Positions 48,260 through 57,660 of a DNA stretch of 64,000 nt are shown piece by piece. A model generated the notes under the pieces. The model ran no database searches and was not told where the DNA came from. It worked only from the letters and a program-made list of their open reading frames with translations. The stretch's first letter is position 1. Each line of letters opens with the position of its first letter. Origin of the DNA: Desulfobacterales bacterium (GTDB lineage Bacteria > Desulfobacterota > Desulfobacteria > Desulfobacterales > G963662235). Location: the NCBI GenBank assembly GCA_963662235.1, contig OY759308.1, positions 1,398,109 to 1,462,108 on the forward strand, read 5' to 3'. Made by a program: the position numbers and the translations under genes.

Positions 48260-49614
48260 ATTACTTCCCCTGATTTTAAAATCTCATATTTTATCTTATC
48301 AAGTTTTAAACCCATACTAATTTTATTTTTATTACTCTTTCCGCAAAGCAGAACATTTGTTTTATCGCCATCTTCAGTTAATATAATACAAAAAGAGTTA
48401 TGAGTTATAAAAAAAGATATAAAAAGCCCTATTATAACCAAGATGAAACCAAAATAGATACAAAATACACCCGGCTCTTTAGTTACTTGTAAGCCTGTTA
48501 TATAAGTTTTGTCATAATTTATTACAGATATAATAGTATCTCTTTTTCTCATTGAATCAAATTTTGGGAAACTTATAGGAAGAACTATTTCATACTGTTT
48601 CTCTTTTTTTGTAAGTCTTGCAAAAAAAGTAGGACCTAAGGAGTGCCCTGCAAATTTATAAGATTGTGTAAACCCCAAAATTTCTAATTTGCCCAAATCT
48701 GCTGGCAATTTTTCTTCTTCATTAATTTTAAGGGTTTTATTATATGTCATACCTGTATCTCTATTTTGTATATTCAAAGTAACTGATTTAGGCTCTGCTA
48801 TATCGTAACTTGATTGAAATATATTTATTCCTTTATATCTTAAGGGGGAGTTAACTATTATATCTTTTTCAATAAGTATTTTATCATCCTTTTTAAGTGC
48901 TAAACTTGATCTATACTCTTTTGGCGTTCCATCATTTTCATAAAAACTTAAATCAAAATCTTTACAAAAAATATAAAAATCGAGTTTTCGTTTTTCCTTA
49001 CTCTTTTTAAGATGAACTACATTAGTGCCCTTACCTTCTTTAATCTCTACAAAAGCTTCAAAGCCAAAAATAGAGTCGATAAGAACTCCTATAATAACTA
49101 ATAAAATACCGAAATGGACAATATAGACACCCAAATATGATATTCTTCCCTTGTCGCCAAAAAAATAAGAGCTCTTTCCTATATCTGTTTGAAATATCTC
49201 TTTTACTTTAAAAAATTTATTAAAAACTTCTTTTGATACTTTTTTTAAATTTTCCGTTTTTTCTTTTGCACTAAACTCAACTTTAATAGGATAGTTTTTA
49301 ACTTTATCTGCTCTAAAACTAACGGTTTTAAATGCTAATTTAAAAGAGGCTTTTATTTTATCGAGTGAGCATACAATAAGGTTAAGGGCAAGCAGTGCTA
49401 CCAAGCTTATGAACACATAGGAGTGATAAATGTCGAAAATATTGATAAATTTAAAAAACGAGTAAAGTGTATCTCCATATTTTAATAGATAGAATCGCTC
49501 TTTTTCTAATTGTGGAACAAGCGTTCCAACCATACAAAGAATAGAAATAGCAATAAATATTACTATCGATAGTTTAACGGATTTAAAAAACTTCCAAAAA
49601 ATTGTATTTTTCAT
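48256..49614 (-). CDS. resB: Cytochrome c biogenesis protein ResB/Ccs1
   Basis: ResB topology (N-terminal TMs, a large soluble loop, a C-terminal TM). Overlaps the ccsA start. Confidence 0.85.
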   Translation of the reverse strand: MKNTIFWKFFKSVKLSIVIFIAISILCMVGTLVPQLEKERFYLLKYGDTLYSFFKFINIFDIYHSYVFISLVALLALNLIVCSLDKIKASFKLAFKTVSFRADKVKNYPIKVEFSAKEKTENLKKVSKEVFNKFFKVKEIFQTDIGKSSYFFGDKGRISYLGVYIVHFGILLVIIGVLIDSIFGFEAFVEIKEGKGTNVVHLKKSKEKRKLDFYIFCKDFDLSFYENDGTPKEYRSSLALKKDDKILIEKDIIVNSPLRYKGINIFQSSYDIAEPKSVTLNIQNRDTGMTYNKTLKINEEEKLPADLGKLEILGFTQSYKFAGHSLGPTFFARLTKKEKQYEIVLPISFPKFDSMRKRDTIISVINYDKTYITGLQVTKEPGVFCIYFGFILVIIGLFISFFITHNSFCIILTEDGDKTNVLLCGKSNKNKISMGLKLDKIKYEILKSGEVI

Positions 49615-49764
49615 CTTTATAACTTCTTTTATATAAAACTATTTTATTTTAATAAACTTAATATGAATCTTGATTACAACAATTTGACTTTTAAATTATA
49701 TGCATATTTAAAAACACATAAGTTTTTTTAAAAAATTGTCAATAATAACATTAAGGAGATTGTT

Positions 49765-50028
49765 ATGCCTGATAAAACAAAATTACCAAAAATATCATTT
49801 TCCACCTTTATAATGTCCTTGCATTCTTCCGCTCTATTGGCACTTGGGCTAATAGAAGACCCAGTAACTAAACAAAGAACAAAAAATATTGCAATGGCAA
49901 AACAAACAATAGATGTTATAGGTATCATTGAAGAAAAAACAAAAGGTAATTTAACTAAAGAAGAGAACGAACTTATACAAAATGCCCTACAAAATTTAAG
50001 AATGGAGTATGTAAAAGAGACAAATTAA
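49765..50028 (+). CDS. DUF1844 domain protein
   Basis: FSTFIMSLHSSALLALGLIEDP...MAKQTIDVIGIIEEKTKGNLTKEE...LRMEY, with AGGAG located 8 nt upstream. Confidence 0.6.
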   Translation: MPDKTKLPKISFSTFIMSLHSSALLALGLIEDPVTKQRTKNIAMAKQTIDVIGIIEEKTKGNLTKEENELIQNALQNLRMEYVKETN

Positions 50029-50100
50029 GTTTTTAACTAACCTTATTAACATCAACTCAAAATTATAAAATAAACATATAAATATACTTTTTTTAATACG

Positions 50101-50937
50101 ATGCAGATTCTTTCATATGCAAAAATAAACCTCTTTTTCTATATAAAAAACAGAAGAGAAGATGGCTTCCATAATATTTTGTCTCTTATGTGCCAAATCG
50201 GGATTTATGACGAAATTTTAGTAGATTTTATAAATAGGGAAAAAATAGAGATTGATTGTGATGACAAAAGTGTACCGGATAATGAAGGAAATATAGTATA
50301 TAAAGCTATAACTCTTTTTGCAGAAAAAAACAAAAAAGATATTTCTTGTAAGGTTCAAATTAAAAAAAATATTCCTATAGGTGCAGGACTTGGAGGCGGT
50401 AGCTCAAACGCAGCCGCTATTCTTCTGCTCCTTAATGACTATTATAAAAAACCTTTCTCTACAAAAGAACTTATGGAGATTGGCAAACAAATAGGTGCCG
50501 ATGTGCCATTTTTTATATTTAAAAAAAACGCAATTGCTGAAGGGATAGGAGATAAACTTAAAAGATACAAAGTCAAACCTTACAATATAATAGTCGCTTA
50601 TCCAAACATCAATATATCTACAAAAACAATTTATAAAAAGGTCAATTTGGAATTGACAAACAATAAAAAAAAACTTAGTGGAGAAAGTTTTTATAAAGAC
50701 AGATGTGTTTTAGATTTAGTTTCAAATGACTTTGAATCTATAGTTTTTAAAATGCATCCTGAAGTTCAGGAATTGAAAAAATATTTTTTAAAAAAAGAGG
50801 CAGATGCCTCTCTTATGTCTGGAAGTGGCTCTTCAGTTTTTGCTATTTTCAATGATATAAAAAAAGCACAAAACACATTGTCAGATTTAAAAAACAAAAC
50901 TAATTATAAGGTTTTTTTAACTACTATATTAGATTGA
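50101..50937 (+). CDS. ispE: 4-diphosphocytidyl-2-C-methyl-D-erythritol kinase
   Basis: GHMP kinase motif PIGAGLGGGSSNAAA, with AKINLFF at the N-terminus. The stop TGA overlaps the first bases of a MITE. Confidence 0.92.
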   Translation: MQILSYAKINLFFYIKNRREDGFHNILSLMCQIGIYDEILVDFINREKIEIDCDDKSVPDNEGNIVYKAITLFAEKNKKDISCKVQIKKNIPIGAGLGGGSSNAAAILLLLNDYYKKPFSTKELMEIGKQIGADVPFFIFKKNAIAEGIGDKLKRYKVKPYNIIVAYPNINISTKTIYKKVNLELTNNKKKLSGESFYKDRCVLDLVSNDFESIVFKMHPEVQELKKYFLKKEADASLMSGSGSSVFAIFNDIKKAQNTLSDLKNKTNYKVFLTTILD

Positions 50938-51129
50938 GACCTTTGCACATAATGCTTTTTATAAAAAAATAGTGGTTTTTAGTAAAATATTAACTTTTGA
51001 TAATTTTACAAAAACTTCTAAAACCCTTATAAAGATTACGCTCTCTTTTACTTTTGTTTTGGGTTCGACGTATAAAAATACTACTTCACCACAAAACAAA
51101 AGCAAAATAAAGCTATGCACAAAGGTCTC
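50936..51129 (+). mobile_element. MITE-like element, copy 7
   Basis: gagacctttgcacataatg...aaagctatgcacaaaggtctc, with both internal hairpins present. Confidence 0.9.
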
Positions 51130-51165
51130 AAAAGTTTTACTATAACACAAAAAAAAATAAATTGC

Positions 51166-51237
51166 TGGGGCGTCGTCAAGCGGTAAGACACAGGATTTTG
51201 GTTCCTGCATTCAGAGGTTCGAATCCTCTCGCCCCAG
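51166..51237 (+). tRNA. tRNA-Gln (anticodon TTG)
   Basis: Manual fold: acceptor TGGGGCG/CGCCCCA, D arm GTCA-AGCGGTAA-GACA, anticodon arm CAGGA-TTTTGGT-TCCTG, T arm AGAGG-TTCGAAT-CCTCT, discriminator G. No encoded CCA. Confidence 0.93.
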
Positions 51238-51260
51238 CCTTTTTTTTATTATGCAAGAAA

Positions 51261-52208
51261 ATGCAACAAAAAGATTTTAAAATTTTCAAAGGTAATTCCA
51301 ACGACGAATTGGTTAAAAAGATAGCCAAAAGTCTAAATAAAAAAATCAGCAAAGCAAATATATCAAAGTTTAGTGATGGTGAAGTGCGTGTTGAAATAGA
51401 TGAAAATGTAAGACTGAAAGAAGTTTTTATAATTCAATCTATTTGTTCTCCTGTAAATACGAACTTAATGGAACTTCTTATTATGGCAGATGCTCTTAAA
51501 AGATCAGCCCCTGCAAGTATAACAGCAGTAATTCCATATTTTGGATATGCAAGACAAGACAAAAAAGTAAGACCTCGAGTACCTATAACAGCAAAACTTG
51601 TTGCTGATATTATAACAAAAGCAGGTGTTTCAAAAGTTATTACAGTCGATTTGCATGCAGGACAAATTCAAGGTTTTTTTGATATACCAGTAGATAATAT
51701 ATTTGCAGCTCCTATATTGCTTCCTTTTTTAAAAAAAAGTTTTGATATGGAAAATACCGTATTGATATCGCCAGATGCTGGCGGAGTTGAAAGAACAAGA
51801 GCTATAGCTAAAAGACTTAATGCAAAACTCGCTATAGTGAATAAAAGACGTTCTGCTCCTAATCAAGCTACCGCTATGGAAATAATAGGCGATGTTAAAA
51901 ATAAAACAACTATCTTGCTTGATGATATGGTAGATACAGCAGGAACTTTAACAAGTGCAGCAAATATTATCAAAAAAGAGGGTGCAAAGGAAGTATATGC
52001 TTGTTGTACCCATGGCGTATTGTCAGGAGATGCAATAAAAAAAATAGAAAAATCTCACATAAAATCTTTAATTGTAACTGACACAGTACCTTTAAGGGAA
52101 GAAGCAAAAAAATCGGGTAAAGTAAAAGTTTTAACAATTAGTTCTCTAATTGGGAAAGCAATAAAATATAGTAGGTTAGGTAAATCTGTACATAAACTGT
52201 TTGTTTAA
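51261..52208 (+). CDS. prs: Ribose-phosphate pyrophosphokinase
   Basis: FSDGEVRVEI, GYARQDKK, DLHAGQIQGFF and DDMVDTAGT. The track ORF start (51162) overlaps the tRNA, so I trimmed to the in-frame ATG at 51261. Confidence 0.93.
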   Translation: MQQKDFKIFKGNSNDELVKKIAKSLNKKISKANISKFSDGEVRVEIDENVRLKEVFIIQSICSPVNTNLMELLIMADALKRSAPASITAVIPYFGYARQDKKVRPRVPITAKLVADIITKAGVSKVITVDLHAGQIQGFFDIPVDNIFAAPILLPFLKKSFDMENTVLISPDAGGVERTRAIAKRLNAKLAIVNKRRSAPNQATAMEIIGDVKNKTTILLDDMVDTAGTLTSAANIIKKEGAKEVYACCTHGVLSGDAIKKIEKSHIKSLIVTDTVPLREEAKKSGKVKVLTISSLIGKAIKYSRLGKSVHKLFV

Positions 52209-52212
52209 AAAC

Positions 52213-52409
52213 GAGACCTTTGCACATAATGTTTTTTATGAAAAAATAGCGGTTTTTTTGTAAAATATTAACTTTTAAGAATTTCTCAAAAACTTGCAAA
52301 ACACTTATAAAGACTTACGCTCTCTTTTACTTTTGTTTTGGGTTTGACGTATAAAAATACTACTGCACCACAAAACAAAAGCAAAATTTGAGCTATGTGC
52401 AAAGGTCTT
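52213..52409 (+). mobile_element. MITE-like element, copy 8
   Basis: Full termini, with AAAAAC on both flanks (52207..52212 and 52410..52415). Confidence 0.9.
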
Positions 52410-52457
52410 AAAAACGATAAATTTTTATATTTTTTTTAAAAAAAATTAGGAGGCATT

Positions 52458-53117
52458 TTGAAATTATTTACATTGAAAGCCCAATCAAGAGAAAAAACGG
52501 GAAAAGGCTATACAAAAACTTTAAGGAGAGAAAATCTTATTCCTGCTGTAATATATGGTCCAAATAGCAAAAGTGAAAGTATAATAATACCAGTAAAAGA
52601 ACTAATACAGGCTTTGAAAAATAAAAAAACTTTAGAACTTATCGTTGACATAACAATTGATGATAAAGACAAGAAGATGACTATTTTAAAAGAGTTACAA
52701 AAAAATCAGGTAACAGATGAATATTTGCATGCAGACTTCCAAATAATAGCTGAAAATCAAGAGCTTAGTGTAAGTATCCCTATTGAAGTAATTGGGAATC
52801 CAGTAGGCGTTGATAATGGAGGTTTACTTCAAATAATAAGAAGACAACTTGATGCAAAATGTTTTCCTTTAAAAATTCCTGCAAAAATTGAAATAGATAT
52901 TTCAAATTTAGACGTTGGCGATTCTATACATATAGAAGACATCGTAAAAGATAATAATGATATTAATTTTATATATGATGTTAACTTTACTGTAATAACC
53001 TGTACTGCACCTAAGGCAGAAAAAGAAGAGTCAGAAGAAACAGAAGATGAAGAAGTAGAGGGTGAAGGAACAGAAGACAAAAAAGAAGAACAAGCTACAG
53101 AAGGGAAAGCAGAGTAA
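52458..53117 (+). CDS. rplY: 50S ribosomal protein L25/general stress protein Ctc
   Basis: TTG start with AGGAGG upstream, LRRENLIPAVIYG, and an acidic C-terminal tail. Confidence 0.9.
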   Translation: MKLFTLKAQSREKTGKGYTKTLRRENLIPAVIYGPNSKSESIIIPVKELIQALKNKKTLELIVDITIDDKDKKMTILKELQKNQVTDEYLHADFQIIAENQELSVSIPIEVIGNPVGVDNGGLLQIIRRQLDAKCFPLKIPAKIEIDISNLDVGDSIHIEDIVKDNNDINFIYDVNFTVITCTAPKAEKEESEETEDEEVEGEGTEDKKEEQATEGKAE

Positions 53118-53181
53118 TTTTTTGTCTATTTATATCAATTACTCAAATTCAAAAGAATTTAAAAAACAATTATCATTTAAA

Positions 53182-53217
53182 ATGAGAGCTTACTAAAAAA
53201 AGCTCTCATTATTTTTT
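53182..53217 (+). terminator. Rho-independent terminator after rplY
   Basis: Perfect 9-bp stem ATGAGAGCT/AGCTCTCAT followed by a T run. Confidence 0.7.
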
Positions 53218-53379
53218 AGGTCTTTGTTCATAGCTCTCATTAATACGTCAAATCCAAAACAAAAGCAAAAGAGAGCGTAAATCTTTATAATGGTTTTTGA
53301 AGTTTTTGTAAAATTACCAAAAGTTAATATTTTTTCAAAACACTATTTTTTTATAAAAAACATTATGTGCAAAGGTCTT
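53218..53379 (-). mobile_element. MITE-like element, copy 9 (shorter, left terminus degenerate)
   Basis: aggtctttgttcatagc...acgtcaaatccaaaacaaaag...cattatgtgcaaaggtctt. Confidence 0.8.
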
Positions 53380-53390
53380 ACTTTTATCTA

Positions 53391-53957
53391 ATGCATCCTT
53401 TCATAATAGCAGGTCTTGGTAATCCAGGAAATCAATATGAAAAAACTCGCCACAATATAGGTTTTCAATCAATAGACTTTATAGCCTCTTTTTTATCTGT
53501 TGAGTTTTCAAATAGTAAATTCAAAAGCAATTATGCCAAAGCACAAATAGAGGGGGAAAAAGTAATATTAGTAAAACCTATGTCGTATATGAACAATAGC
53601 GGGGAACCTATACAAAAATTTATTAATTTTTTTTCCGTCAATATAGAAAACTTAATAATAATACACGACGACCTTGATCTACCATTCGGTACTATAAAAA
53701 TTAAAAAAGGTGGTGGTAGTGCAGGACATAACGGTATAAAATCGATTATCAATCATCTAAATAATAACAATTTTATAAGAGTTCGTTTTGGGATAGGAAA
53801 ACCTGATAATATTAACTTTGAAACAAGTAATTATGTCCTTTCTAAATTTAGCAACGAAGAGAATAAAAGCTTAGAAAACGAGATAGATAAAATCAGAAGA
53901 ATTGTCTTTACTATAATAGATAAAGGAGCTGATTTTGCTATGAATGAGTTTAACTAA
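53391..53957 (+). CDS. pth: Peptidyl-tRNA hydrolase
   Basis: IIAGLGNPGNQYEKTRHNIGF...HDDLDLPFGTIKIKKGGGSAGHNG. The track GTG start at 53367 is inside the MITE terminus. Confidence 0.93.
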   Translation: MHPFIIAGLGNPGNQYEKTRHNIGFQSIDFIASFLSVEFSNSKFKSNYAKAQIEGEKVILVKPMSYMNNSGEPIQKFINFFSVNIENLIIIHDDLDLPFGTIKIKKGGGSAGHNGIKSIINHLNNNNFIRVRFGIGKPDNINFETSNYVLSKFSNEENKSLENEIDKIRRIVFTIIDKGADFAMNEFN

Positions 53958-54051
53958 ATAAATCAAAAATTCTTAAAGTATATAATTCAAACGAGGCATT
54001 AAATATAATGCTGTTTTTCTAATCCAGTTTTTTACCCAACAATATAAAAAA

Positions 54052-54927
54052 CTATCTCACTTCAGCTTCTATGTTTTTTATTACTAAAGGTTCTTTGTCT
54101 GGAAGGTTTTTTTTTATAAAGAAATTTTTATGAAGAGACTTAGTTGCCCTATCTATATTCTCTACACCTCTTCTTATTTCCTCTATTCCTTTTTCAGTTG
54201 AAGTTGTTATCTCTGGAATATTGTAACTTCCCTTCTCTATATTTTTAAGTGTTTTTTTTAATGTAGTAATACTTTCAAGTATCTCTTTTTGTATTTCATC
54301 TTTTTTTATTAACTGCCCTAAACTTCCTTCTGCCATATTTATAGAGTGCACTATTTTTTCTATATTGTCGGTTGTTTTATGGAGGCTATTTGTAAATTTC
54401 CAAAAATTATTATTAGGATCGTTTAACGCAGTTACAATATCTGTTACGGTTTGAATTGAATCTTTAATCTTTTTTGCTGTTTTTTCAACTTCAAACTCTT
54501 CCATAACATCCATTATGGTTTTTTTAGGGACAGATTTAATTAAAGATTTTGGAGGAAGTATTTTACTATCTTTAGAACCTGGCTTTATAGCAACAAACTC
54601 TTCTCCAATAAAAGTAGGACTTTCAATAGTTAAAAGTGTATCTTCTCTTATTCTATCTGCCTGCTCTTCAAATATCGTAATAATTACTTTTACGTTATTT
54701 TTAAAAGGTAATATACTGTAAACTTTACCGACATCAGCATTAAAAAGCTTTACAGGAGCACCCTCTTTTAAGTTATAACTTTCTTGAAATATGGCATAAT
54801 ATTCAACAGTGTCTTTAAACCAGTTCTTACCTTTCACAACTGTAATAAAAGAGACTATAAAACAGATTGTTATAGCTATAACAAAAATACCGACTATTCT
54901 TTCTCTTCTTTTTATATTTAGCTTCAT
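54052..54927 (-). CDS. MlaD/MCE-family protein
   Basis: N-terminal TM, MCE domain (GAPVKLFNADVGKVYSI) and a long helical C-terminus. Confidence 0.75.
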   Translation of the reverse strand: MKLNIKRRERIVGIFVIAITICFIVSFITVVKGKNWFKDTVEYYAIFQESYNLKEGAPVKLFNADVGKVYSILPFKNNVKVIITIFEEQADRIREDTLLTIESPTFIGEEFVAIKPGSKDSKILPPKSLIKSVPKKTIMDVMEEFEVEKTAKKIKDSIQTVTDIVTALNDPNNNFWKFTNSLHKTTDNIEKIVHSINMAEGSLGQLIKKDEIQKEILESITTLKKTLKNIEKGSYNIPEITTSTEKGIEEIRRGVENIDRATKSLHKNFFIKKNLPDKEPLVIKNIEAEVR

Positions 54928-54965
54928 TTACAATACTTTAGATTTCAATTTAAACTCATAATTTT

Positions 54966-55601
54966 TTAATTGATAAATAGTGTTTTGGAATTAAAAATTT
55001 TCAAAACCTCTTTATCGTACGATATAAAAACTATAATTTTATCATCTCCTATAAAATTCTTAATATAAGATATCTCTTCATAACTAAGAAAATTTTCAGG
55101 GCAATCAAGCAAAACTATTTCAAATTGTTTAATTAATTCTCTTATTAATATTACAATTTTATTTTTTCTTAAATTAATATCTTTAGGAAATTTATCTAAC
55201 TTTTCAGAAATATTAAAAAAATTGCAAAGAGTTTTACTTTTTTCATCAAGTTCTTGTACTATTATATTTTTTTCATATTCTGTCATTAAGAAGATGTTCT
55301 CTTTTAACGTTTTTCTACTTACAAGATTGGAGTCTATACCGACATAAGCTATTTTTTTTTTGTATTTCAAAAAATATCTATAGTCTGGAAAATTAAGCTC
55401 TTCATTAAAAAATATATATTTACCATTTAACGGATATTTTACTGTGGCAAGCCCTTTTAAAAAAAGAGAAGATTTGTCGTGAGAATCCGATTCTATTTGA
55501 ACAGTTTCTCCCTTTTTAATAGAAAAATTTATAAATTCAATTTTTTGTCCTTTTAAATCATCTTCAAAGGAGCAGTTTATTAGTTCTATCTCATCAATCA
55601 C
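54966..55601 (-). CDS. ABC-ATPase-like protein with degenerate catalytic motifs
   Basis: It aligns to the ABC NBD layout, but Walker A reads ESDSHDKSS, no LSGGQ is present (INLRKNK), Walker B reads VLLDCP (catalytic Glu replaced by Cys), and the H-loop reads SYD. Confidence 0.6.
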   Translation of the reverse strand: MIDEIELINCSFEDDLKGQKIEFINFSIKKGETVQIESDSHDKSSLFLKGLATVKYPLNGKYIFFNEELNFPDYRYFLKYKKKIAYVGIDSNLVSRKTLKENIFLMTEYEKNIIVQELDEKSKTLCNFFNISEKLDKFPKDINLRKNKIVILIRELIKQFEIVLLDCPENFLSYEEISYIKNFIGDDKIIVFISYDKEVLKIFNSKTLFIN

Positions 55602-55603
55602 AG

Positions 55604-57085
55604 TTAAAATTCCAACTTTTTTGCAATTTTTAAAGTTACATCATTTATATATTTTTTATATTCAACCTCTTTAAAACTGTTTAAATCGGTTGCTGACTTT
55701 ACATTCTTAATGTTTATAATTTCTGGCTTATTTATCATTTCCTTTTTAGAAGTTATATCAAAATCTTGAAGCTTTTCTTTAAAATATAAGTTCTGAAAAT
55801 TAGCAAATTTTAAGGTATGTGCAGTAGAATCGACTATTGCCGTTTCATCTTTTTTTACAAAACCTTTTTTTATAGCTTGAAAAAGACCCGCTAAGCTTTC
55901 TCCTCCTTGTGTGCAAGCAATATGCCCATTTCTATTTGCAAGTAAATTAAAGTCCATAATTTCTTGCTCTTTTACTTCAACAAAAAATACATTTTCTCTA
56001 TTAGATGTTTTATTATAGAGGTCTACAAGATGAATAACTCTTGGCATAGAAACAGGGTTTCCTATCATTGCTGCTTGTGCCACACTTGGTTTTACAGTAA
56101 CAGGTTTAAACACTCTTTTTCTATCTATTTTTTCTAAGTAGTATTTAAAAACAGGGTTAGCATGCTCTGACTGAACCCCTACTATTTTGGGCAAACTCTC
56201 TATTACTCCCGCTTCATAAAATTTCAAAAAACCGCTTAATATAGCAGTTATATTTCCAGCATTTCCAATTGGAACAACAATCACTTTCTTTTCCATATCG
56301 TACTCAAAATCTTGAGCTATTTCATAAGAGAAAGTTTCTTGGCCAAGAATTCTCCAAGCATTTTTTGAGTTTAAAAGAGCAATATTATAATTTTCTGATA
56401 AGCTTTCCACAACTTTCATACAATCATCAAAAACACCTACTATTTCAAACACCTTTGCCCCACTTCCAAGAACTTGTGAAAGCTGTTCTGTTGTAACTTT
56501 TTTATGAGGTAAGAGGACAGCAGATTTAATATTTTCAAGATACGAAGAGTAAAGAGCGGCAGCCGCTGAAGTGTCACCTGTTGATGCACAAATTGTAATA
56601 ATATCCTTCTTTTTTTCTTTAACTAAAAAATTTATATAACTTAAAGCTGATGCCATACCTCTATCTTTAAAAGAAGCACTGGGATTTTGCCCATCATTTT
56701 TAAAATAAAAAGGAATTCCTATTTTACTTTGTAAAAAATCGTTTGCAGCCACTATTGGAGTTCCGCCTTCACCAAGGTAGACTATTGAATTAAGAGGAAT
56801 AAAAGGAGCTATAAACTCATAATAACGAAAAATTCCTTTTAATGCAGGGACATTAACCATTTTACGATAATCAAAAATTTTTCTCCAAAGCTTTCCGTCT
56901 GCTGTTTTTAAATATGTTTTTGCTCTGTCGTATAAAAGTAAAACTCCACTGCAGGAAGGACACGTATAAAAAAGATTTTCTGCATCAAACTCTTTTTGAC
57001 ACGAAAGACATCTATAAAAAAGTTTACCTTTTTGTTGAGGGATTATGTAATCTTTTATAAAGTCAGGAAAATCATTGAGTTGCAT
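55604..57085 (-). CDS. thrC: Threonine synthase (long form with N-terminal zinc ribbon)
   Basis: CLSCQKEF...CPSCSG zinc ribbon and PLP lysine motif NPSASFKDRG. Confidence 0.85.
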   Translation of the reverse strand: MQLNDFPDFIKDYIIPQQKGKLFYRCLSCQKEFDAENLFYTCPSCSGVLLLYDRAKTYLKTADGKLWRKIFDYRKMVNVPALKGIFRYYEFIAPFIPLNSIVYLGEGGTPIVAANDFLQSKIGIPFYFKNDGQNPSASFKDRGMASALSYINFLVKEKKKDIITICASTGDTSAAAALYSSYLENIKSAVLLPHKKVTTEQLSQVLGSGAKVFEIVGVFDDCMKVVESLSENYNIALLNSKNAWRILGQETFSYEIAQDFEYDMEKKVIVVPIGNAGNITAILSGFLKFYEAGVIESLPKIVGVQSEHANPVFKYYLEKIDRKRVFKPVTVKPSVAQAAMIGNPVSMPRVIHLVDLYNKTSNRENVFFVEVKEQEIMDFNLLANRNGHIACTQGGESLAGLFQAIKKGFVKKDETAIVDSTAHTLKFANFQNLYFKEKLQDFDITSKKEMINKPEIINIKNVKSATDLNSFKEVEYKKYINDVTLKIAKKLEF

Positions 57086-57101
57086 ATTAATATTTCACCT
57101 T

Positions 57102-57641
57102 TTAGAATATAATTAGTTTATTAATTTTTATTTTATTTTTTCTTTCTTTTTTTGATAGCTTTCTACTGGAGCCCTTTTTTTTTGTGTGCCCTTGCCAAAA
57201 TTTTTCATCACTATCAAAATCTTGCTCTTTAAAAGAGTTTAAACTCATTTCAAAATTAGTTACACTAATTTTTTTAGTAAACTCTTCTGATGTTATAGTG
57301 CTTGCCCCTTGCATAGCAGAATATTCTATTATTTCATTGTCAGAAGAGACGATAATTGCCTTTTCTTTCTCTTTTTTTGCTATTTTTTTTATAAGTGAAT
57401 CTGCAAGCTCACCTCTTTTAGAAAATTTAATAGTAATTCCTTTTGTCAAAATAGGATCTAAAAATGGTGGGGAGTTTGTTCCATCAAAAACCAATGTAAT
57501 TTTATGGCGTTTTATTTTTTTATATGAGGTAAGGAGTTCTATTAATTTATTTCTTTGTTCCTCAAGAGATATTTTTTGAGATATTAAATTTCCTGCTTGA
57601 TATAATAAGTTATAACCATCTATTACTAAATGAACGGACAT
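57102..57641 (-). CDS. YacP-like NYN-domain (predicted RNase) protein
   Basis: HLVIDGYNLLYQ...VFDG, with a basic C-terminal tail. Confidence 0.7.
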   Translation of the reverse strand: MSVHLVIDGYNLLYQAGNLISQKISLEEQRNKLIELLTSYKKIKRHKITLVFDGTNSPPFLDPILTKGITIKFSKRGELADSLIKKIAKKEKEKAIIVSSDNEIIEYSAMQGASTITSEEFTKKISVTNFEMSLNSFKEQDFDSDEKFWQGHTKKKGSSRKLSKKERKNKIKINKLIIF

Positions 57642-57660
57642 AAAAAAGCCTTAATAGTTT

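Noticed and set aside
51162-51260. 5' part of track ORF 51162..52208
   Set aside because: It overlaps the tRNA-Gln gene. Prs homology begins at the in-frame ATG at 51261.
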